The notes below the pieces were generated by a model that had not been told where the DNA came from, made no database searches, and saw nothing but the letters and a program-made list of their open reading frames with translations. DNA of 64,000 bases, taken from the NCBI GenBank assembly GCA_964016885.1, contig OZ024740.1, forward strand, positions 392,956,001-393,020,000, given 5' to 3'. Of this stretch, positions 1 through 11,667 are shown one piece after another. Positions within the stretch are counted from its first letter, which is position 1; every line of letters starts with the position of its first letter. The translations under genes and the position numbers were made by a program. Source of the stretch: Eledone cirrhosa (taxonomy: Eukaryota).

Positions 1-193
1 CTATATAAATATTTAATTTGACATAGCAAACCATACATCAATAATGTAATGAAAATTGTATATAATAGGTTAAGCTCCTTTTGTAGGGCCAGAAAATAGT
101 CCTGCATTGAACAGCTGGTGATCCTTTACAAGTCACACTTACTACTACTACTTGCATTAAAGTACTGCTCACATATCTGAGATGGAACAGCTG

Positions 194-667
<474 letters not shown>

Positions 668-1657
668 TGAGTATGATTTATTGGCAGGAAGGTTTTTTGC
701 TATATTTTTTTAGTAACTTCTTCAACGATTTTTCACACTTTTGTGGGACTGCAAGCCAAAGACACTGGTGCATCCATGCCTGCAGAATATTGTTGGAAAA
801 GTCAGTGTAGTGGGTCTTGCTCTGGTTCTTTCTCTTTACTTCTTGTTGTTTTCAGACACAATCTATCTAGGCACATGTTATTCAATGTGGTCCTTCAATT
901 TGTATGGTATGCAGGTGTCTCTGTTAGAAAGGTTTGGCTGCTATTTCTAGTAACTTAAGCTACTGTGATGGTTGAGGCTCTGTCATTTGATTGTTTGTGT
1001 GTACTGTTAATTATTAGCTATTTACGTTTACCTAATATTCTTAAATTGCACAATAATAGTATACAGTAATTACATCACTTTTAGTAGCCCACTAATAGTA
1101 ATCAAATAATGTCTTATGCCAGTGCCAGAATGAAGGAATGCTATGTAATATAAGAAAACCATTTTGCTTTAGAAAATTGTATTCTGTGCTAATAAACAGG
1201 AAAGGTTTTAATTTGATTATAAAGTCTGAGTATATAGTGGGACTTCCTCATATGGTTATTGGTATTTGCTAATTTCTTTGAATAGTCATTGCAAAGTATT
1301 CATATTTTGGGAGCATTATATCATTTCCTATTACTACTTGGTAAATAATTTAAATTATTTCTAAGGCATAATTGAGCAAAAGATTTTCAGATAAGAGATG
1401 CTCTACTAGAAAAAGTTGTCAAATCACACACCACTCTTCTTTAAAGAACTCCTCAAAAACATAGGGAACATGTGATAATATAATATTAGGTACACTATGC
1501 TCAGAAAAAAATGGCAACTGGATGATCATGATTGAAGTGTCTTTGATCATAGATCTGCACAATTCAGATTGACCTGCAGCTAAAACAACAAAGTATACCT
1601 GTGTAGATAATGATTAGATTTTAGAAATTAAATATTTTCCTTAATTGAAAGTCATTG

Positions 1658-2575
1658 CAGAGGTGGGAACCATTTCATATTGAAAGACCCCATTAAGTTA
1701 CTTGTAATAAGGCTGATTCAGGAAACTATAATTATATATTTTATAAAAATCTAATTATTATGTACTAATTATCTAAAAAATGAAAAAAAAAATTTTTTTT
1801 TTTAAAGCTAACTACCTTTTAATGACTTTGTTGTGATTGATTGTTGAAGGAAAGCATTTTGATATGTTATTGCAACATGGAGGTCTGAAGTTTCAACTGT
1901 ACCTCTAGATGGGCATCCACTATTTGAGATCTCAAAGGTGTCTTGATTTGGGTTAGGTAGGAGACTAGATTTGCAGCAATAAGTGGTCGAAAAGCAGGAG
2001 AGTATTTTTCATGCATTTTTCGATATCTCAATCGGATCTTTCTTAGTGTCAAATAAGGATTTTATAATATTGTCTGCTGAGAGCTCAATCAATTCCATCT
2101 GTAATTCTTTGGGAGCCTTGGAGATATCAACTAGGTGAGGTTGAAATGCTAACTTGAGTGTGATGTCATGATTCTCAAAACAAGTGCACCTTTCAATAGG
2201 TCTATAAACAGCTGTGTATTCTTCAAATGATTCACATGAATTCCCTTGCCTTTGTTAACAGGAAAATGTTTATACAAAATTTCCTTTTGAAGAAGAAGTT
2301 AAGGAATTTTTGGCTACATATCATATATATAGACTTAGTTTTACCTTGTAAAGAAATATTCAAATCATTTTGATTTGACATGATACCACACAGAAACACA
2401 GCATTGCCAGAGAAATCCTCTTTCAATAATTCACATTGCTGATTCTTTTCTTAATAAAATTTGATTATCTGTTCTCCTAAAGATAACATTTTTGTTAACA
2501 CCTGTCCTTGTGATAACCAATGTTCTTTAGAATGGTACAACAAATCTACATTTTATAATTACTGATACAAGGCTC
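1658..2575 (-). mobile_element. Degraded hAT (Charlie/SPIN/GTF2IRD2-like) transposase remnant
   Basis: Minus-strand peptides LLYHSKEHWLSQGQVL, FLCGIMSNQNDLNISLQGK and SYLTQIKTPLRSQIVDAHLEVQLKL resemble hAT-Charlie transposase motifs; cagaggtggg TIR-like end at 1658. Confidence 0.7.
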
Positions 2576-2594
2576 TATAGAGGTAGTTGATAGC

Positions 2595-3060
2595 TTCTGC
2601 CACTTAGGTGCCCTAATTAGCAGTGGAGATGGTTGCTCTGCAAGCATAGTGGCCAGAAGAACAGGATGGAAAAAGTTTAGGGAATCACTACCTCTTGGCA
2701 ACAAAAGGTTTTTCTCTGTGAACAAAAGGGCAGCTATATGATGCATGTATGCAAGGTGTTAAATTACATAGCAGTGAAACATGGCCAGTAAATGCAGAGG
2801 ATTTGCAAAAGCTGGAGAGAAATGAAGCAAGCATGATTTAATGGATGTGATGTTAATGTGCAGAATGGCGAAGCATGGATGAGCTGAGTATAAGAATTAA
2901 AATAAATAAAGTGGGCAAGAGAGAAGACAGCACTTGTATAGTTATGTGATGTGTATAGATGATATTTAGGTGAAGAAATGTCAAGATTCCATGAAGAGGA
3001 AGACTAAGATAAACCTGGGCAGAAATGGTTAGAGCAGATTTTAAACTGCTGAACCTTACA
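2595..3060 (+). mobile_element. Degraded RTE LINE 3' fragment
   Basis: Matches GGC.ES..AR.RTGWKKFRE..PLLA.K.FS of the intact RTE ORF. Confidence 0.8.
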
Positions 3061-3620
3061 ATAGTTTTGTAAACCGAAGGTTTCTAATTTCAGAGTTGTA
3101 CTTTTAAATGTCTATTATTACCTTTCCCTGATTTAATATTGAGAGTTCTAAAATAAGACAGAATTTAAGAGAATTTATGATATATGCAGTACTATGAACT
3201 TGGCTGATTTATTCAGTTGTGCAAGTCAGATGATAACGTCTATGATGAGAATAATTATTACATTTTACCTTTATGAAAACAAGGTATTCATGATAAAAGA
3301 ATAAATACTAAAACAGAAAATTCTTCTAATTTGATGCATTATACAATATTTCTCCCCCAAATACCATTATTCTGCTTTTCATGCTTTGCATTTGTTTGGC
3401 TTTTAACAACCTGAACTAGGGAGCAAAATTAAAGACATGGTCAAAATCCAAACTGCAATGAAACAATATTATGAAGATCTTTAAATTTATGCATCAAAAT
3501 AGAAATAAGAACATTTACAAGTCTTCTTAGTTAATATTAATATTCTATTATAAACTATGTCTAAATCCATGTTTATGTATTCCAAGTGGTTGTTTATTTA
3601 TTTATTTTTTTTTTTTCAAG

Positions 3621-3736
3621 ATCAAAAGAAGTTGAATGGATGCCATATTTCACCCAAAAGTTGGTTGATGATTTCGCTTCTCATATTCGACTATATAGAA
3701 GAGCAAATGAAAAATTTAGAAACCTCCTTAAAGATG
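3621..3736 (+). CDS. SNX13: SNX13 exon (PXA): SKEVEWMPYFTQKLVDDFASHIRLYRRANEKFRNLLKD
   Basis: Poly-T tract + caag acceptor; G|gtaagt donor; phase 2 to 1. Confidence 0.93.
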
Positions 3737-4263
3737 GTAAGTTCTTATCCCCTTACACTATACACATACATAGACAGATGATTAAAACATTAGCAGCCCT
3801 TCTTATTGATGAAGGAGGAGGTGAGTCAGATAAATTGGAGCAAGCAAAGTTATGTGTCTTGCCCAGGAGCATACTAGCACAGCTGGTGTAAGATTGAAAT
3901 CATGACCATGTCATCAATAGTCTATCACACTAATCACACAGCTATTGTGGTGCTACATATTGCTTTAATATGTATATCTGCCTGTAAATGGTTAAAATCT
4001 AAATACTTCATATATGTTTGATTAAACTACTAAAAGGAAGCTTGTCGGTCGTATCTGGTAAGTGGTGTTTTTTGGCTCCATTTCCCCAGAACACCAGCTT
4101 CAGAGGACATGAAAAACGTATGGGTACTACCATTTTTACTCTGATTAAACCATAATGAAAAAAGAATGTTGGTAAATATTTTAAATTTTTGAGGGCAGTA
4201 TTAGTCTGCTGTTTATTTACAATTTCATATAATGACTATTAATTAATGTTTTTGTTGTTGCAG

Positions 4264-4365
4264 ATAATGTTAATCCTGACATAGAAAGCATATTTTTTGA
4301 CCTGGAAGTGGAGATGGAAAAAATGTCTCGGGACATAATTATTACATCGACCGAGAATGAGCATC
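4264..4365 (+). CDS. SNX13: SNX13 exon (PXA): DNVNPDIESIFFDLEVEMEKMSRDIIITSTENEH
   Basis: ttgcag acceptor; C|gtaaag donor; FFxxEVEMEK motif; phase 1 to 1. Confidence 0.9.
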
Positions 4366-5931
4366 GTAAAGATTTCCTTTTTCTTTTACTTTTTTAAGTT
4401 CTGAGAATATTTCTCTACAAATTTTGATTTCTTTTGATAAGGCAGTTGAAAGGAAAGCAATACTATAGTGGTATCTATACTGACTCTTAGTGGGATGAAA
4501 TGAAAAGATAACTCTAACCGGGTTTGAACTCAGAGTAACAAGGAATGGAACTAGCTACAGTTTTGTTATTTCTTGACTCTAGGTCAGCCTTGACTGAGCA
4601 GACCTAACTATTATCAAAAGCAATCTGGTCATGACCATCCTTTTTATTTTCCCTCAAATATAATGTATCTAGAGCTACATTATCCACTGTCTCCTTCCTT
4701 TTTTTTAAACAATAGGGTGTGACATGAGGGAAATTTATCTGCTATTGTAGATCAAATGACAATGTAAAAGTGCCTTTACTGGCTTGTCCATGTACACTAA
4801 AGCATCTAGTATGGTGATTTACAATCTTGGCTATCTTCATTATTATTTTTTTCTTTTCCATCAAAGATTTTTATGGTGAATTGGTAGAAGTGTTAGAACA
4901 TCAGATGAAATGTCTTCTAGTATTTATTTCTAATTTTGTTTTGATTTGAAAACCAACCAAAATCAACTTGTCCCTTTACCCATCAAATACTAATAAAGTA
5001 CCTGACTAGGGCAGTGAATTGGGGGAATTGTTAGAGCATGAAGCAAAGAATACCTTGCAATATTTAATCCAGCCATGCATTCTGTGTAAAATCTTGCTGT
5101 GGCCTACATGGTAGATATAATCCACCATCTGATTTAACACCATCACTCTGCAAGCATTCAGGCCAGGTCTCTGTTATGAAGACACCTTCCTCTCTCCCTC
5201 TCACTAGTTTTGGAGGCCCTACAAAGGGTTATGGCACTACTCTTCCTCTTTATTAACCTATAAAGTTTATTGAAGTTATTTTTATAGATAGACTTTGTAA
5301 GTTGAGACAAGAAAGACCAGGAGAGTGACAATATAAAAGTGTTTTACTTTGTAGAAAGTAGAAGAATATGGATAAGGTGTGATTAGATGGATGTGAATTA
5401 ATGACCTTTTCCATTATTTATCTCTATTTTCTGATATATCACAATATATTAGAATGATGATGAATATATTTAAGTAAATTAATATGGCAATGAATTGGCA
5501 GAATAGTTAGAGCATCATGCTAAATGCTTTGCAGCATTTGTTCTGACTCTCTGCACCTTGACTTGCCAAGGTCAACTTTGCCTTTCATTCTTTCTGTACC
5601 AGTCCAAAAGCAATGTATTGGCAGAGTTAGTAAAGCATTGGATTGAATGCTTTGCAGTATCTGTTCCAGCTCTGGCCATTCTGAGTTCAAATACAGCCTT
5701 CTGTCACCAGAAAAGCAGTGACACATCTACCAGAAGTGGTTTGAGCTATTGAGACTCTATTACAGACCTTTCCAACCTATGTCTTTATGGAAAATTAAAC
5801 ACAAAAATTGCTATTTTTGTCATGATCACATCCATCAGTACCACCATCATTACCATTTTCATAGTTAATATATTTTTTTCTTTTCTCTATATTCCTGACA
5901 CTAATATTAACTCTTTTTATTTTACTTCCAG

Positions 5932-6020
5932 GTTATTTAAGAAACCTTTCTGAAGTTTTATTATATTTACTTTTACCAAAAGAAGATTTTCAAAATAAAT
6001 CATTTAGATATATTATTAGA
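5932..6020 (+). CDS. SNX13: SNX13 exon (PXA): RYLRNLSEVLLYLLLPKEDFQNKSFRYIIR
   Basis: ttccag acceptor; gtaagt donor; phase 1 to 0. Confidence 0.95.
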
Positions 6021-6044
6021 GTAAGTATGTTTGAAAGTAATATT

Positions 6045-6049
<5 letters not shown>

Positions 6050-6108
<59 letters not shown>
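6050..6108. repeat. (TA)n microsatellite
   Basis: Directly visible. Confidence 0.97.
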
Positions 6109-6109
<1 letters not shown>

Positions 6110-6112
<3 letters not shown>

Positions 6113-7935
6113 TATCATCATATCCATTTTTCCATGCTTGCATGGGTTAAACAGGTCTTTTTCAGTACAGCATTTCTTTACACATCACCATCCTTTGTCA
6201 TCTCCACTGTGAGTTTCAATAATTTGAGATCACCTCTGCTTAGGTCTTCCTTGGCCTTCCTCTACTGTGGCTTCCTTCTATTGGGATATCTTGACACTTC
6301 TTCACACTATAATCACCATCCATGTACATCACATGTCCATACCAATGCAGTCTCTTCTCTTGTACACTACTTTTGATTCTTCGCATACTCAGTTTTCCTC
6401 TCAGTTCATCCAAACTCTGTCGTTCTTTTACATTTACTTTGCACATCCATTTAAGCATGCTTGCTTCATGTCTCTACAACCTGTGCATACCCTCTGCAGT
6501 CACAGCCCATGTTTCAGAGCCATGCAGCATAGCACTTAGCACACAGGTGACATACAGCCAGCCTTTCATTTGGAGGGAGAAACCTTTTGTTGTCAACAGT
6601 TCCTTAAACTTCTTCCATCCTATCTTTATTCTTGCTACTATGCTTTCAGAGTAGCCTTCTCCACTGCTAATTAAATCACCTAGGTAGTAACATTTTGAGG
6701 CCTCTTTCTTTTGAGCATCAGTGATGCTTAGTGTATCAGTCATTTCAAACACACATTTCCCCAATAACATCTTAATCGACAGTGACCTACTTACTACCTT
6801 ACAATGTAGAACACCTCACATCTCTGATCCTCATATCGCAAGACATTGACAAACTTTCTTTCAGCCTCTTTCTGAGTTATGCATACTTGTCGTCTAGCTT
6901 CTCTCCTGTCCATCTGGTACTGGTCTATGCTGCCCCCATTTTTCCAGTCTTTTCATGTCTGTATTTTGACTTCAATGGCTCTATCTACAGTACTGTTCCA
7001 CCATTAGGTCACCCTCTGTCTGGGTGGTGCTTTGCTCCAGCCACAAGTCTCATCAGTAGTTTGCAATAGGTTGTCACATAAGAATTTCTAATTGTTTTCT
7101 ATGTCAAATGAATTCCGTCCATCTCCCCTCTCACCATGTGCCTCATGTAGAGCCTTTCAAAACCTATATTTAACAGAAAGGTCCTTTAACTTCCATACTC
7201 AGTCTCCATCTCCATATATTCCTGCATTATTCTGATGTCTCATAACTAATTTGTTTTGGGCAGTGCATTCTTCATCAAGCAAGGTCTTAGCATTTATAAT
7301 TGTCTGTCTATCTTATTGTCTTACAAGTAAGTAGTCAATCTGCCTTGTATGTTTGCCTGATTGGTAGGTGTTTAAATGATTGGCAGATTTCCTGAAGTTA
7401 GTGTTGCAAATGGTAATTGATTTGCATCTCAGAATTCTAGGAGCCTCACTCCCTCCTCATTTCTTGAGCCATAAGCATCTCCATTGTGTACTCCAGTGAA
7501 TCCATCCTGGTGCTGCTCAACATGTCCATTAAAGTTGCCAGCCAGGATGATGAGGTCTCCGTCATCAGTAGCTGAAGTTGTCTGTAGAAGGACATAATAG
7601 AAATAGTCTTTTTGTTCTTTACACAGTCCTGCTTGTGGTACATAGGTAGAGGTTATTGTCACTGTTCTATTGTCTACAACTAATCTGAGCTTCATAATTC
7701 TTTCACTCTAACTACATTTATTTCATTATCTATCCATTTCTCGGCTAGTAGAATGCCTCCACCACCTACCCCATTGTCATTTCCTACCCAGAAGAGCTTG
7801 TAACTATGCTCTTTGGCCTGTGAGTAGTCTTGCTGAGGCACCTCTCCGTCCCACCTCTTGTATACAGCATACATCTACATGCCTCCTCTCTAGTAACTCC
7901 ATAATTTTACCCAATCTACATTTCAGAGTTCCCAA
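6110..7935 (-). mobile_element. Old RTE LINE, internally deleted (APE and C-terminal parts retained, RT core missing)
   Basis: ORFs 7429-7695 (ILAGNFNGHV...RNEEGVRLLEF), 6474-6770 and 6240-6458 (WKKFKELL, RLHWYGHVM); 3' ccatgcttgcatggg hairpin and (CAT)n tail. Confidence 0.88.
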
Positions 7936-8717
7936 TATTTTAGCACCTTATTTATGTAGAATTTGAAGGTGAAACTTGTCAAAATATTGACACCCCCAAT
8001 ATACTATTGATTTTTTTTGGTCACATTTTTCAGTTTTTATTTGAGTATATATGGTCATTTTCTTTGAAATCATATCTGTAGCATGAAATCATTTCTATCT
8101 CTTCATGTTCAATTTTCTTTTTTTCAACCTTTCTGTTTTATATTATTGTTATGAATTATCTTAAAATATTTTGTTTCCTAGAAATACGTTTATAGCTATA
8201 GTAGACTATAACTAGAATTATTTCACTTCATTGCATTCAGTGTAGATACAAAATATCCCACTCCTTTCATTTCTTTTTAAGATATAAATTTAGAACATTT
8301 CACCCACAATGAAAACTGCTGTTGCAATCCTGAGCTGAATTAATGGTTTATATATTTAAGACTGAATATTTTAGTAGGTTGATTGATTAAATAACAGCTT
8401 TGTACTTATTCTATGTTCCATTGCTAGTTTGAATAATAATACATATCCCAAATAAACAATCATAAAATGATAAAATATTCAGCATGATCCAAGTCCAGGT
8501 GACACCTTGGCATTTCTAGTGTGTTGGATCACCTCCAAGTGTCTGAATTGTTACATGTCATGTATGTGCTTTATCAGTCTCTTAGCCACTAAGAACTACG
8601 TCAAACCAACACTCAGCCTGCTAGAATTAGCAACAAAATCTGCCTCAAATATTATATCCTATCTATTATATTTTTCTTTTAAAAAATTTAATTTGTGTAT
8701 TTTTTTATGATTCACAG

Positions 8718-8801
8718 GAAGTATTAGTAAATGAAATATTTATACCAGCTGTAGATTTATTATCTGACCCAGATTATATTAATCAAAGCCTGTCATGGCT
8801 G
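8718..8801 (+). CDS. SNX13: SNX13 exon (PXA): EVLVNEIFIPAVDLLSDPDYINQSLSWL
   Basis: cacag acceptor; gtaagt donor; SDPDYINQ motif; phase 0 to 0. Confidence 0.95.
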
Positions 8802-9926
8802 GTAAGTAATCACTTTTTCCAACTTCATAGACAAAACTTACCTTTCTTATACCTGTAGCAGCTGTTAAATAATGGTATTGGCATAGATACTGAATTATAT
8901 AAGATATGTTGGGGCCTCATTTATCGGTTAAATAATTACCTTACTTGAGTGGTATTGATAAGGTATTATCAGCTATTGAAAAGAAAAAAAATATATATGC
9001 ACACTTCAGCTTGCACTGTTTACCCCTCAGAATATGTGAACCTACAATTGTGTTGCACATGCACCAAATTATTTGTGCTAACAATTCAAATTTAAATCTG
9101 TTTAATTTCGAAAATGGTTCCATTGATACTAGTTTAAAAAGTAGATATACAATGAAAGATGAAAAGAAGGTAGAATATACATGTGTTTAGAATATTCAAA
9201 ATATAGAAGGATAATTATTTATTTCTCTGATGTGATAAACAGTTATTTGTCTGATGTTTTCATAAATGATCTGTAAAGATGTAATATTAGAAGTTGTGAT
9301 GTTTATGCCTTTTTCAATTGGATTTGGATTTGGTCCTTCTGTGTATCACTTTGGAAAGTGTCTTCTACTATAGCCTCAAGTTGATCAAATCTTTGTAAGT
9401 GACATTTAGTAGATGGAAACTACATATGTGTGTATGTCCATGTTTGTTTTTATGTCCAGTAACTTATCAGTTCAGCAAAACAGAGATTGATGAAATGAGT
9501 ACTGAGGTCAATATGCTTGACTAAATCCTTGAAGGTAATGCCTCATTATGGATGCTGTTCAGTGAAATCAGTAAACAAGTATATTGCTAAATATTTTTGA
9601 GTGATCTAGAGCATGATTGTTGGTGGTGCATGTTCCTTTTATTAATTTTAATTTCTTTGACTATTTTATAATATAATCTGATCCAATAAAGAACTGTTTA
9701 TATTTAAGTCCATTTTTGTAACACCTCATATTATGCATTTTTTAAATTCTTCATCTGAAATACTCAGTTCAGAACAAACGATTCTTATAGATGTTATCAT
9801 AGGGTATTTATATAGTTAAGTGGGTTATTGATGTCTAATAGGCTAAGTATTCTGAATATAGAGCAGAAAGTAATTCATTGTTAACACTGCTAGTCTGCAT
9901 TGAATATCATCTTCTTTGTTACATAG

Positions 9927-10068
9927 TGTAAAGAAGCTACATTTAATAATGACACGTTCATGACTGTGATAAAGACGACAGATTCCACTGAGGAACTAGA
10001 AGCAGTGAAAGAGATGGTTAACCATGACATTGCACGATGGCGAAGTAAAGATACAGGAGGCTCTGATG
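9927..10068 (+). CDS. SNX13: SNX13 exon: CKEATFNNDTFMTVIKTTDSTEELEAVKEMVNHDIARWRSKDTGGSD
   Basis: catag acceptor; G|gtaatt donor; ELEAV and RSxDTxG motifs; phase 0 to 1. Confidence 0.92.
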
Positions 10069-11351
10069 GTAATTTAATATGTTTCTTTAACCCCCCCCCC
10101 CTCTTCCTGAACCATTCATGTTCACAGAACTCTATGGTTCTAGTCTAGATACTCTAAGGCATGTCTGCTCTGTCTATAAAGCAGCTAACTATAATATTCC
10201 TTAAAGCAAACTGGTGCCGTTTGCCTTTAATTCTTAAATGAAGTAATGGAACAATTTAAATATTTCCATTTTTAATTGTGATTGATGAATATCTGTTGGC
10301 AAGTATCATTTTAAGTTCAATTTTTTTTTTTACTTGTGTATAAAATCCCCCCCCCCCCCCTTTCGCACTCTAACTTTGATGTTAACCATGAGTTTTCTTA
10401 TGAATAAATATTTCCAAACTCATTGTAAGCCAGTTTGCTATGTTATCTAGAATGGATATCCATTGATAATACACCTCATCTGTACCTGGATACATAATTA
10501 TTAATTGCTAGCATGTCTCTTTGATTAATATGTAAAATTTTAATAGTTGCTCATATAGTGCAACAAATATTTTCTTAAACATTATCATTATATCTATTTT
10601 CATCTAACACATTAATTGATCACAGTTTTCAGTAGCTGCAAGGATAATAATTAAAAGCTTTTCTACAATGTTTATCCTCCATTGATAAGTAATCGTAACA
10701 ATGAATTGAACTTTTTTCAAGAACTTCAAAACATGTGTGCGTCATGTAGCTTTTCTAAACCTTTGGTAATTTCATAATTTACATGGTAGATGAGTGTACT
10801 GATTTAATGAGTATTTTATGTATTGGTCTTTTACCAACTTTCCTTCCAACCTTTCACTTTTGTATCAATAACCAATCCATATGTGCAAATGCTCTGAAAC
10901 AATGCATACTTTGGCTTAAATTGCATTAACAACTGGTCACTTTATCCTCAAAGTATTCTATTGTACCATTTTATTTAATTCATTTATTTCCCCCCACCCC
11001 AACCCCTTTCCTGTAAAGGTACAATGATACTAAAAAAAACATTTAATGATTAAATATCTTCAGAAATTAATTATTGTAGGTGATTTGTAGAAATGTTTAA
11101 GCATTGATATTTTATTGGTTGTCAAGAATGAGTTATGGATTTCTCCTTAATATCAATCTATTCCCCCATTGTTTTACCTAAACTCTGTTATTACTATTTG
11201 ATTGAATGATGTTATTTGAACTACCACATAACCAAAATTATGCTGCTGAGATGTATGAATTTGTTTTATTAAAATAGATTATTACAGTTCTGCTACTGAT
11301 TAATTTATTTCATATGTATCATCATGTATATATATATATATATATATACAC

Positions 11352-11382
<31 letters not shown>

Positions 11383-11422
11383 AAGAAAACATTTCCAATT
11401 GCAAACTTAATTTCCATTGTAG

Positions 11423-11520
11423 ATACTGTGATAAAACAAAATCTGAATAGTTTACGATTTGTTCAGAACATGTGTGATACTCTTTTGGCTGGCCAGACAG
11501 ACTCTGATCTTCAGTGTGAG
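11423..11520 (+). CDS. SNX13: SNX13 exon: DTVIKQNLNSLRFVQNMCDTLLAGQTDSDLQCE
   Basis: tgtag acceptor; GAG|gtaagc donor; IKxxxNSLxFV motif; phase 1 to 0. Confidence 0.92.
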
Positions 11521-11667
11521 GTAAGCTAGATTATTTTTGACTATTCATTAACAGAGTTTATCAAATTATTGCCTGAGTTATTATATTTAGCACATTCAGT
11601 ACCATTACTTTAGTGAATGGTGTTTTAAAAAAATGCTTTTATTTTACTGATTTAGTATTATCTTGGA